Shown here piece by piece: positions 53,033-64,000 of a DNA stretch of 64,000 nt (within the stretch, counting starts at the first letter, position 1; each line of letters begins with the position of its first letter). The stretch is from Yuukianura sp. NJ FZ-2021. Taxonomy: Eukaryota. The notes under the pieces are model-generated. The model was not told where the DNA came from. It made no database searches and was given only the letters and a program-made list of their open reading frames with translations. Position numbers and translations under genes: made by a program. Location of the stretch: assembly GCA_046563655.1 (NCBI GenBank), contig CM102284.1:1922001-1986000 (forward strand). The letters run 5' to 3'.

Positions 53033-53897
53033 AAAGTATTGAGCTTTAGCACGAGGTATGATAAGTTGCTATTGTTATTACGTATTTAGACATATAGGCA
53101 ATTAGACATAACACGTCACATATATACAACGTATACGCCGTTATTCAACGTACGTGAAGTGTTTATAGCATGCACGTGAAAGTGTAATCTATGTAGTTTG
53201 AAACTATTTATTTCTATGTAATGTACATAAATTTAGGCGCTGAATGTTTATACGTAGTACCTACAACGTAGTAACTAAATGCAAATGTAGAAAAATTTGT
53301 CAGACGATGAAAGTATAAATAAAGTTGCATAATATAAAAACATTAGCAATAGTTATAACGCCTTATGAGACAAATATGTACCACTTCTCTAGTGGAAGCG
53401 TTTTTACCTTAAAAATTTCATTTGCAGAAAAATACCAAAAAACTTATTAAAAGTAAACAACTTTCACAAACAATGACAATGACATATAAAATTTGGTTGT
53501 CCTTACTTTCACTAATTAAAATATTATACGAAACGAAAACAGTTTTGGGCTGGGCTGTGGTTTATGTGGATTCCGTTCAATAAAGTAAACGTTATCATTG
53601 TTATACGCGTTTGTTCGAAATTAAACAAAAGCGACAAAGTACTCAATTTTTTATAACTTAATTTTGTAATTGCTTTCAAAAAGTTTAGCAAGTTCTTTGG
53701 CGTTAATTGGACAAAACAAATTTAAGGAAACACCCCACGAGTTGACCCGCCCACAAAGCTGCTACAGTATTTTAAGCGCCTTCCTGTTCTAGCGAAGTTA
53801 ATTGTAGATTTGGCAGGCAAACACTTTTTCAAAACGGTTTTCAACTTTATTCATTTTTTAAAAACCTCTCGCTTAGAAAACGTGGAAATCAATCAAC

Positions 53898-55865
53898 ATG
53901 AAATCTACAGTCGAAAAATTCATTTTCTTAATCAAATTCCAACGGTTTGCTGGAATTCTCCCACTGGATTTTATTTATGAATTAAAAAAGCGCGCGGTTT
54001 GGAATACTTCACAACAAACAATCTCGAAAAAAGTTTTCAAAAAAGTTCAACTCTCTGGAGAAGCCAGTCGAAATTTTTCTGTAATCTTTCCTATATATTT
54101 TTTGGTTCGTTCTATTACCGCCATGGTACACTTCCTTCTAGAATCGACGCACAAAAATTTCCTGTCTCCCCAAAGTATCATCTTTGTTCTGCTTGTTACA
54201 CAAGTTGCTATAAGTGTTCCATTATATCTCTACGTACGTGGATATGCAAAATCCGTTGTTGTATTTCTCAACAACTGGCACGTTTTGGAGTACCAAATTT
54301 CGGAAACATGTGGTACAGGTACATTTCTTCTAATAAAACTAACAGTAGGTTGGCTTCCAGGTATCACGCCATTTTGTCAAATAAATTCCTGCGAATGAAA
54401 TTTCTTCGAAACTCAACTTACTTCGAAAGGCATAGCAGGTAAAATTGTCAGAAAAATTTGGTCGGAAGTGAAAAGGTCAGAATTTAACAGATCTCTCAGG
54501 TTAGGTTTTATTACCTTTTCCCTTTTCTGACCTTTTTTTATCATTCCACTTTTCATTTTTTTATTTTCTGACCAAATGGCATATTGTACCTCGATATTGT
54601 GTTGTGTATTGTATCAATTGTATTGTGTGGTTATAGGATTTGTTTGCTTAGCAACAACTTTCCGAAGTAAGTCGATTTTCGAAGTAATTCGTTTAGCACA
54701 AATTCGTTTGAGAAAGTGGCATGTAACCGTATCCAATCCCTTTTGTACAAACATTTGCAATAATTTCAAGTTTTTTTTTTTGATCAAACAAGAATTAACA
54801 AGAGCATTTTGACAAAAAAAAATTCTTCAGTGATTGTTGCTCATACAACATAAATTAAGCATTAACGCATGAAATTGATGCCATGCTTTAGTCAATCAGA
54901 TGATATAATTAGAATTTAACATACCTTTGTTCTGACCAATTTTGTAATACGTAAAAAAAATTTTAGGTGTCTGTGCTAGGAAACCAACTAACAATAAGAA
55001 CAACGCTACTTCTGAAAAAATTCAGGCGGGAATGTTCAAATTACTAGCAGTAAGTTCATTCATGTTGCCAATTTTGATATTCTTTCGAGACCTTGACATA
55101 CTAAACGTAATGCTGCATTCCTACTGGATTCTTGGATTTGGGACTTCTGGAACCTCCGTTTTTACAACCATCGTCTACATTTTGACCTCCGTGGAAACAT
55201 TATTGTATTTGGAATTGATTTGGGTATGTGGTTCGACCTACGACCTCTTGTTCCTATCATTCCCATTTAGTGTTAAGAAAAGCCTGATGTCATTAATTCA
55301 ACTCAGTAAGCACAGGGAAGCATATACTGAAGTTGACAAATTTGTACTTCTGGAAGGCGGTTTGAGGTCAAGGTCAGCAGTCAGGATGGTACAATTAAAC
55401 AGACTGATTGGCTTGTACAATCGAATTCTTGACCTCACAGATTCTTTTAACCGAATGTTTTCCAATGTTGTGTTTTGGGCTAATCTTGTTACGTTAAGTT
55501 TTACGTGCTACTCCGTTTATGGTATTGCGCGACTCCGAAAAGATGCGCCCATTGGAATGGTATTTCTTTGTTGCTTTGTTGTATTGGGATCAGGAATTCG
55601 TTTTTTTGTAATGATGATAGCTATGGGTCAAGTACATACTTCGTCAATTGAATTGCACAATTGCTGGAAGCGAGAGTTGTTAAACGAATGTGAAAGTGGA
55701 AATTTCAGCCGAGAAATTTCAAAGGAAATACGAGATAATTTTGTGCAAAGTTTCATTCCGGTGCAATTTCGGAGTAGTTCCTTTTACGGCATTTGTTCTT
55801 CAACGGTTCTAACATTCCTGTCCGTTGTTACTACAAACTGCATTATACTATTACAAATGTTTTAG
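53898..55865 (+). CDS. Gustatory-receptor-like 7TM protein, copy 2
   Basis: Exons 53898-~54318 and ~54967-55865, same intron site. C-terminus VTTNCIILLQMF. Confidence 0.85.
54360..54728. mobile_element. MITE in the intron of receptor copy 2
   Basis: About 70-bp imperfect TIRs: ggtatcacgccattttgtcaaa...aacttacttcga and tccgaagtaagtcg...tttgagaaagtggcatgtaacc. Confidence 0.65.
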
Positions 55866-56553
55866 ATGCGTCATTTTTTGTAACAACATAGTTAAGTACT
55901 ATAATAAACTTTTCACTAAGCAAAAGGATCAATAACATTTTAGTTATCAAAAAAGTTAGAGGCATATAATTTATTTTCAAATTTGTAATTAATTTGAGAA
56001 ATGTACATGGGGCTAAAGCTGACATGCTTTATTTGAGCTTCGTCTGTTATTTAAATGCTCTCACCTTGAGAACTTCATTGGTGGAGAGAATGGAGCTTAT
56101 TAAAAGTTAACATCTTTACACAATCGCACAGGATGTCTTTATGTGTCATATGCCGATTACATGTAAAAAAAAACATCAAAAGAAGCGTTTAACATTAGTG
56201 TGTTGATTATTCAGGTTCCGCTTGAATAAATTTTCAAACCTATGGGTTGTCAAGTAACTTATTTATGATGTCATTTACAAAAGAGATGAGAAGGTTAGCA
56301 AAATTAATTGAGTTTACTAATTTGTGTAATTACGTAGACAAAGTCAATTAAAAAAAGAAAACTTCACCCAAGCTCAACTGTTTCACGCTACATCTATTTA
56401 TGCCACCTTTCAATTATTGTAATAAAATTGCTGAGACAAATTAATTCTTACATTTGATAAACTATAGTTAGTTTGTTTAAAAACTGGTTTGAACACTTCA
56501 TTTTAGTCATTTTAAAAAAAGGTTGCGCTTAGAAAACTTTTCAATCGTCTAGC

Positions 56554-58047
56554 ATGAAATCAACAGTCGAGAAATTCATTTTCTTTATCAAGTTACAGCG
56601 GATTGCTGGAATTTTTCCGTTTCATTTTGTTTATGCAATAACCAAGCCAGCCGTGACGTGGACTTCGCCTGAACCAATCCCAGCACCAAAAAAGCGATTT
56701 TTAAAAGTTGAACTTGCAGGAAAAAAGCTTCGATATTTTTCGTTTGTCGTTCCCGCTTTTGTTTTTCTTCGTTGTTTCACGTCTATTGCTCATTTTCTTT
56801 TGAAAATGTTGGATAAAAAGCAATATCTGACAAGGGTCATGTTCGCCCTCTTTCTTACTAAAGTACTTTCTGTACTTTTCTTATTTGTTGCAATGCGAAG
56901 AAATGCAAAACGCATTGCTACTTTTTTCAACAATTGGCACATTTTGGAAAACCAAGTCGGGCAATGCTGCTACCCAGGTATGCGTGTCTTAAAATTATCA
57001 TTAAAAAGTTTTTATGTATTGTCAAATTTGTGTTAAACGGCCCATAATAAGCTTCGAGATGTTTTCAATGCTTCGCTACTTGATTACAATGGTTTTTGTA
57101 ATTCTATGCTAAACTTTTCTATTACAATTTACATGTTTTATTAATTTTAACAAAATCTTATAGCGTACGGAACCTCTGAAACGGGCGATTCGATCGGAGC
57201 AAAATCTATGGCGGGCATTTTCAAGTCAATATCTTACGCTACTTTCATATTGCCATTTGTGATGCTTATACGAAAGGTCGATACAATACAAGACATGCTT
57301 CATTCCTATCGGATTCTTGGGCTTCAAAGTTCTTCTGCATCTACTTTGAATACCGTGATTTACACCGTAACCTCACTTGAAACTTTCGTATTCCTGGAAT
57401 TACTTTGGATTTCTGCGTCGACCTTTGACCTAATATGTTTAGGTTTTCCATTTAGTATTAACAAAAGCTTAACTTCCCTAATTCGACTCAGTAATCAAAT
57501 GCAATCATGTAGCGAAGTCGATAAATTTGTGACTGTTGAGGGCTGTCGAAAGTCAAAATCAGCAGCAAAGATTATACAATTGAACAAACTAATCCGTCTG
57601 TACAAACAAATTCTTGGTCTCACAGGCTCCTTTAACAAAATGTTTTCTACTTATGTGTTTTCTGGAATTTCTGTGTACCTAATTTTTACATGTTACGCGA
57701 TCTATGGCTTTACTAGATATCGGGAAGGTGTTCCAGTTGATACTTTAATGTTCTTAGGCTTTGCTGTAATTGGTTCAGGAATTCGGTTTTCTGTAATGAT
57801 GATTCTCATGGGTCAAGTAAATAATTCGTCAATTGCGCTGCACAATATCTGGAAGCAAGAGCGGTTGAACGAAAATGATGATGAAATTTCGACCAACCTA
57901 TTTCAGAAAAAAGTAGAACGTTTGGTTCGAAATTTTATTCCGGTACAATTTTGGAGTGGCGGCTGCTACGTAATTTCTTCGTCAACGATACTGACATACT
58001 TTTCAGTTGTTGCTACAAATAGTATTATACTGCTACAAATGTTTTAA
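56554..58047 (+). CDS. Gustatory-receptor-like 7TM protein, copy 3
   Basis: Two exons, clear paralogue of copy 1. C-terminus VATNSIILLQMF. Confidence 0.85.
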
Positions 58048-58804
58048 AAATTATTTGATTTTGCGGCACAAACCATGTTGGGTTAAGCTATTGCTATTAT
58101 GTATTTCATGTTTATTTGTAATTTATAGCAAACGTATTTAAATGGACACACTGTATGTTTTTCTTCCTTTTAACTTAAGCATATAAACACATGCCAAGGA
58201 TGGAGAAAATAAAATAAAGTTCCATAGTGTGCATATGTCGCCAGTAATTATAATGAAAGTTTTTCACTTAAAATCGCATTTTCAGAAGCATAACAACAAG
58301 CAATTAAAATTATTAAAACTATACATTTTTCACATGCAATCACCCATGAAATATGTTAGTCATTACTTTCTATTAATTAAAACAAACATAAAACTTAAAG
58401 TTTTATTCAGTTGTGGGCTGGGTTTTTTTTTTAACTATGTCGATTCTGCTTAATGAAATTTTAAGGCCTATCATTGTTAAACGTGTCTGTCCGAAATTAC
58501 ACAAAGACAACAAAGTTAGTCGATTTTACATAATTGAATTCTGAAATTTCTTTCAGAAGGTTTTCGACAAAATTGTTTGCCGTTTGTTAGACAAAAGATA
58601 TTAAACAAATATACGCCGTCGGAATTGGCCTGCCAACATGCTACACTATTTTATACTACTTTTCAATTCTAGTAATTAAAACGCCCGGACAAATTAGTTT
58701 TGACATTTGGCATATTAGTTACTTTCTTTAAAAACGGTTTTCAACACCTTGCTTTATTCATTTTTAAAAAGGCGAGCGCTTAGATAACTTTGAATTTCTT
58801 GAAC

Positions 58805-60447
58805 ATGAAATCAACAGTCGAAAATTTCATTTCTTTTATCAAATTGCAGCGGATTGCTGGAATTTTCCCGCTCCACTTTATTTATGAAGTAACTAAGCCA
58901 GCCGAGGCGTGGACTTCGCAAGAACCAATCACAACGCCAAAAAAGCGTTTTGTAAAAGTTGAACTTGCAGGAAAAAGGCTTCAGTATTTTTCTTTCGTTT
59001 TGCCGGCTTTTGTTTTAGTTCGATCTTGCACATCTATTCCTTATTTCATTTCAAAAATCTTAAGCAAAAGTCAATCTCTGAAAAGTGTTACGTTTGCTCT
59101 TTTTCTTACTCAAGTAATTTCAATACTTTTCTTTTTTGTTGCGATGCGAAGAAATGCAAAACCTATGGTAACTTTCTTGAACAATTGGCACTTTTTGGAA
59201 AACCAAATCGGGAAATTCTGCTACTCAGGTATGTAAGTCTCAAAAAGCATTAAAGTTTCTACGTATTGTCGATTCTGTGATAAACTGCATATAATATGCT
59301 TCGGAAATTTTCAGTTTCCTTACGTAATTACCATACATAGAAAAAATATTTACCTCCAATGCTCTTAATGTTAGCGAAATCAATATTTTGGGTTTTTTTT
59401 ATTATACTAAATATTTCTTGAATTCCCCATGCCCTTAATGTTAATTAAGTAAATATATTGAGGTTTTTGATTAAAAATAATTAATACTGAAATATTTCGC
59501 CTTAAATTAGACCCGTATTTTTTTCTAATGTTGTGTTTTACTGCTTTATTGAACAAAATCTTATAGCTTCTGGAATGTCTGAGACGCCCGATTCAATCCA
59601 AATAAAACGTATGACGGACATTTTCAAGTTTGTGTCTTATGTTACTTTCGCATTGCCTTTTGTGCTGTTTGTGCAGAGAGTTGAGGCAATTCACGACACG
59701 CTACATTCCTATTGGATCCTTGGACTTGAAAATTCTCCTCCATCAATCATAAATAGCGTGATTTACACGTTCACCTGTCTGGAAACTTTTATATATTTGG
59801 AATTGCTTTGGATTACTGCGTCAACCTTTGACCTACTATTTTTAAGTTTTCCATTTAGTATCAACAGAAGCCTACTGTCACTAATTCGACTTGGCAATCA
59901 AATACAAACTTGTAACGAAGTCGATTTTGTAACTATAGAGGGCAGCCTAAAATCACGGTCCACAAGAAATCTCATCCAATTGAACAATCTAATCCGTCTT
60001 TACAAGCAAATTCTACACCTCACAAGCTCTTTCAACCGAATGTTTTGTAATTTTATCTTTATTGCAATTTCTGTCATGTTAATGTTTACGTGTTTTGCAA
60101 TCTATGGTTTTACTCGATACCGGGAATATGTTTCGATTGGTACTATGATGTTTAGTGTCCTAGCTGTACTTGGATCAGGACTTAGGTGCGGTGCGATGTT
60201 GACACTCATGGGGCGGGCAAATAAATCCTCAATTGAGTTGAAGGACTTCTGGAAGCAAGAGCTGTTAAGTAAAAACGATGATGATATTTCTCGCAACGAA
60301 ATTGTCAAGAAAAGCCAGAATTTTGTGCAAAATTTTACACCGGTACAATTCTGGAGCGGCCGCTGCTACAGTATATCGTCTACAACTCTTCTTCAATTCC
60401 TGTCAGTTGTTGTCACGAATAGTATTATACTGCTACAAATGTTTTAA
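58805..60447 (+). CDS. Gustatory-receptor-like 7TM protein, copy 4
   Basis: Two exons, from MKSTVENFISFIKLQRIAGIFP to VVTNSIILLQMF. Confidence 0.85.
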
Positions 60448-61490
60448 GAACAATTTTTTGAGTCACAAGCGATATACTATATTGATATTTATGTATAATA
60501 TTTATGTAGACATGTGTGTGTTACGTTTAAGTGTATGCTGGTGGTATTGTGGTATATACCATGCATGTGCATATGTTATGTTTTGGTATATATGTATATG
60601 CAATACATGATTTTAAGACATTTTAAGCTTGTTCGATTATTATCAAATAGGGATTTTCGGGCTGATGTAATGTAGATATGTGCAAGCACTGAGTGTTTAA
60701 ATATAAACTAAATAAGTCTAATACAGAGGACATGCGGTAATTAACATTGTAAAACAGGATATTGTATTCAAGTCTAGCACTGGTGACGGTCAAGGTTACT
60801 TGAATTACCGATGAATCTGTAAACCTTTGCAACAGTAATGTCACACACATTTAAATAATCGCATTTGATAAGTCATTATTATATCACATACATGTACATA
60901 AATTGCTTTCCAACAAACTTGTGCTTTTAACACAGTAAACGCCGAAACATTTTTTTTTGAATTTCTTTGCTAAATTGAAGTGCTTTCACCTTCAACAATT
61001 TTAGTTATAAAATCAATTAAACTGAAAACCAAATATCCTTCATAAACAACGAAAGTCACTTTTCTTTGTTTTTACTCGCTGGTTACAATAGTAACAACAG
61101 AATGTTACAGAAAGAAACGGAGGCAATATGGGGTTCGTCTGTGTACTTTACAGATTTGGTTGAATAAATTTGTAGCTTTACATTATCACATTGTTTTACA
61201 ACGTTTATTCTCGTTCCTCCTCTCCAAAATTCAACAAACGCATATCACCACATTCAACTTAAATTATATTTTGCAATTACTTTGGAAACATTAGGCAAAT
61301 AGGTTGAAATTGCCTAGACAAATGGAATTGATAAAACAAATGACCAGGTTAATTTATGCCGCCTCTCAACTCTAGCAACGAACAGCACCCAAGTACTTTA
61401 ATTCTAAGTATCCCCTTAAAAGCGGCATTCAAAACGGTTGTTTTCTTTCTTTAGAAAAGCACACTGTTAGCGCACTTTTAAATCACCACT

Positions 61491-63124
61491 ATGAAGTCAA
61501 CGCTCGAAAATTTCATATTCTTTATCAAATTTCAAAAGGTTGCAGGACTTCTTCCTCTAGATTTCATTTATGAAATTAAAAAGCCTCAAGGTTCTACTGT
61601 ACCAAAAAAGCTGTTCAAAGAAGTTGAACTTTCAGGGGAAAATTTTCAGAAACTTTCTTTTATCCTTCCCTCCTATGTCCTTTTACGTGCTCTAGCTTCC
61701 ATTGTCCATTTCCTTCCAAAATTGTTTGCCATTAATGTAGAACTTCCCCAAAGTCTCATGTTTGTTCTCCTAGTTACTCAGTTAGCATTAGTTGCTACTT
61801 TATTTGTCATCATGCGACTAAATCTAAATAAAATGGCGACATTTTTAAACAATTGGCACTACTTGGAAAAACAAGTCTGGATTTTGCGCAGCACCTCAGG
61901 TAATTCTCCTAAATTATAAAAAAAAACTCTCTCAATAATACTTATATAGTATCGCACGTAGATCGTAAGCAACAAAAAATTTTTTTTCTACACATCAGGT
62001 TGTCCAATACATGGAGGTTTTAAACTTTGTTTGGAAATAGCAAGTTTGCCTTTCTATAGTAATCTTTTGCATGTAATTTAAATGGGATTGGTGCATAATT
62101 GGTGCAGAAATTTAAGTAACATTTTTAGAAACCCTGAGCTATTGGACAACCTGTTGTAGAATATACAACTCGGTTGTCAAAGAACTTTGCATTACATGTT
62201 TTACTAAGAACATTTTTTTTATTGTGAATAGGTTCTAAAAGCTATTGGAAAACTCGACGGAGTGATAGAATTCGAAGAAAAATTATGAATGGCATGTTGA
62301 ACTCAATAGAATTGGCAACAATATTACTACCCATATTCGTATTTGTACTAAGAGTAGAGACAATTCCCGTTATGCTACACTCTTACTGGATCCTCGGATT
62401 TCAGAATTCTGAAACCTCCATTTTTGCCACTGTAGTATATATATTAACATCTGTAGAAAGTTTGCTATTCTTGGAATTGCTTTGGATTTGTGTTTCAACC
62501 TTTGACCTAATATTCCTAGCATTCCCATTTAGTATTAACAAAACCCTACTCTCATTAATGCAGATCAGTAGCGACATGCTAAGATATAACGAAACCGACT
62601 CGCTTGTAATTCTAGAAGGCAGCCAAAGGTCACGGTCGGCAACAAGGTTGATTCAATTGTCGCATATCATTGACATACACAAGCGTATCATTGACCTTTT
62701 AGCATCGTTTAATCAAATGTTTTCATATTTGGTGTTTTTGGGAAGTGCCGGAGCGTTAATTTTTACGTGCTACTTGGTGTATGGCTTCAGCAGGTTCCGA
62801 GACGACGTTTCAGATGAAACATTGATTCTATGCTGTCTTACTTTACTAGGAGCAGGAATTCGGTTTTATGTAATGATGACACTAATGTGTAGAGTACATG
62901 CGTCGTCAATTGAGTTTCAGAGTTTCTGGAGACAAGAACTGTTAAGCGAAACTATTGACGAAGTTTCCGACAAAGCTTTTCGCAAAAAAGCAGAAATTTT
63001 CGTTCAAAATTTCACTCCGACACAATTCTGGAGTGGTGGTTGCTACCGTATTTCATCTTCAACTCTTCTCACATTCTTGTCAGTCGTTGTCACAAATAGC
63101 ATTATACTGCTACAAATGTTTTAA
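61491..63124 (+). CDS. Gustatory-receptor-like 7TM protein, copy 5
   Basis: Exons 61491-~61899 and 62232-63124 join in frame. Same C-terminal motif. Confidence 0.85.
61986..62161. mobile_element. Short MITE in the intron of receptor copy 5
   Basis: Perfect core TIR caggttgtccaata/tattggacaacctg, extended by ttctaca/tgtagaa. Same family as 24154-24338. Confidence 0.65.
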
Positions 63125-64000
63125 AAACAATTTTTTTCAAACCCATTGTGGGGAGGTATCCCCAAACCCCTCTCAAAGCCTATACGGCTCCCTCGTCCTC
63201 CTCCGCTCCACTCAACAATAGCAGCACAACAATCCCTCTTGTCCCCCTGCAGTTCCGGAGACGCCAGACCACCAGCTCCAATTCAGCAGCCAATCACAGT
63301 CGCCGAGGATTGCATCAGCAACTTCCCCAGCTCCTTCTGGCAGTTTTCATCTTCTTCCTCCTCCATCTTCTCTGGACAGTCCACAACAACAACTCACCAG
63401 AAGAGGACCTCGTCACTCCAGTTCCCAGTAGCCGCCATCTTCCTTCTCCGTGTTCTGGACACGCTACTGCCCCACTTGACCCGGATTTGACCTCGCCTGG
63501 ACTCTGGACAAAACCAGGGAATACCTGGTTGACCGTGCCAGGACCTCTCGACACTTCCACTACAAATTCATTGGCTATTCATACGTAAACGTATCTTTAC
63601 TTTATTCAAATAAACTAATTGATCATTGTAGCCGTGTGTCCCACCGTCCCACCATTTATTGCTGTCGAGTGGCCTTTGAGCCAGTCGTCGGGAAAGTCAT
63701 CCGACTTCCCCTCAAGTGGGCGCATCAGCCGGGAATCGAGACCCGTGACCTCACTTGACCTCTACACAGCCGAAGCGGAATCATACCAATTGGAGCCAAC
63801 CGGCTCCACCAAAGGACCCACCGTGACCCACCCTAATTTTTTTTCATTTTTAGGAAATTTTTTCCATTGTTTCATTTTTTTCTAAAATATTTCTTTTGGC
63901 TAATTTCCAGATCTTTCTGGAAAAGCGAGTTTGGAGCGAGAGAGCCACGCCGCACCAGCCAAAAGCCACGCTCCACACCACGCCACACACACCACATCTT

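Noticed and set aside
51545-63124. Ten separate short genes or split pseudogenes in the receptor array
   Set aside because: Each ORF pair is joined by a shared phase-1 GT-AG intron (frame checked for copies 1, 2 and 5), giving five genes.

Overview
Eukaryotic, intron-rich, AT-rich arthropod DNA. The mix of a CPF cuticle gene, divergent ionotropic and gustatory receptors, GT11 fucosyltransferases and a microbial-type amine oxidase suggests a non-insect hexapod such as a springtail, but this is inference. Gene models were rebuilt by hand from GT/AG sites and frame continuity. In order: an STPR-repeat plus multi-C2H2 zinc-finger gene (-, runs off the left edge); two GT11 alpha-1,2-fucosyltransferase paralogues (+) flanking a clan-2 P450 (-); an intronless C2H2 gene; a 1.56-kb foldback element with nested hairpins and an 8-bp TSD; a 6-exon OTU protease and a decayed gene upstream of it; an alpha-arrestin; a ZDHHC5/8-type palmitoyltransferase; a secreted copper amine oxidase; a third C2H2 gene; COX15; CHMP2A; a CPF cuticle protein; two divergent ionotropic receptors; and five tandem gustatory-receptor-like genes. 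Several MITEs are present. No CRISPR array, rRNA or tRNA was seen. The strongest leads are (1) the fungal/bacterial-type amine oxidase with a signal peptide, introns and an insert carrying two GRGDS motifs and an RFKR furin site, (2) the foldback element, (3) the STPR/zinc-finger fusion and (4) an apparent promoter/CDS chimera in the receptor array. No database searches were run.
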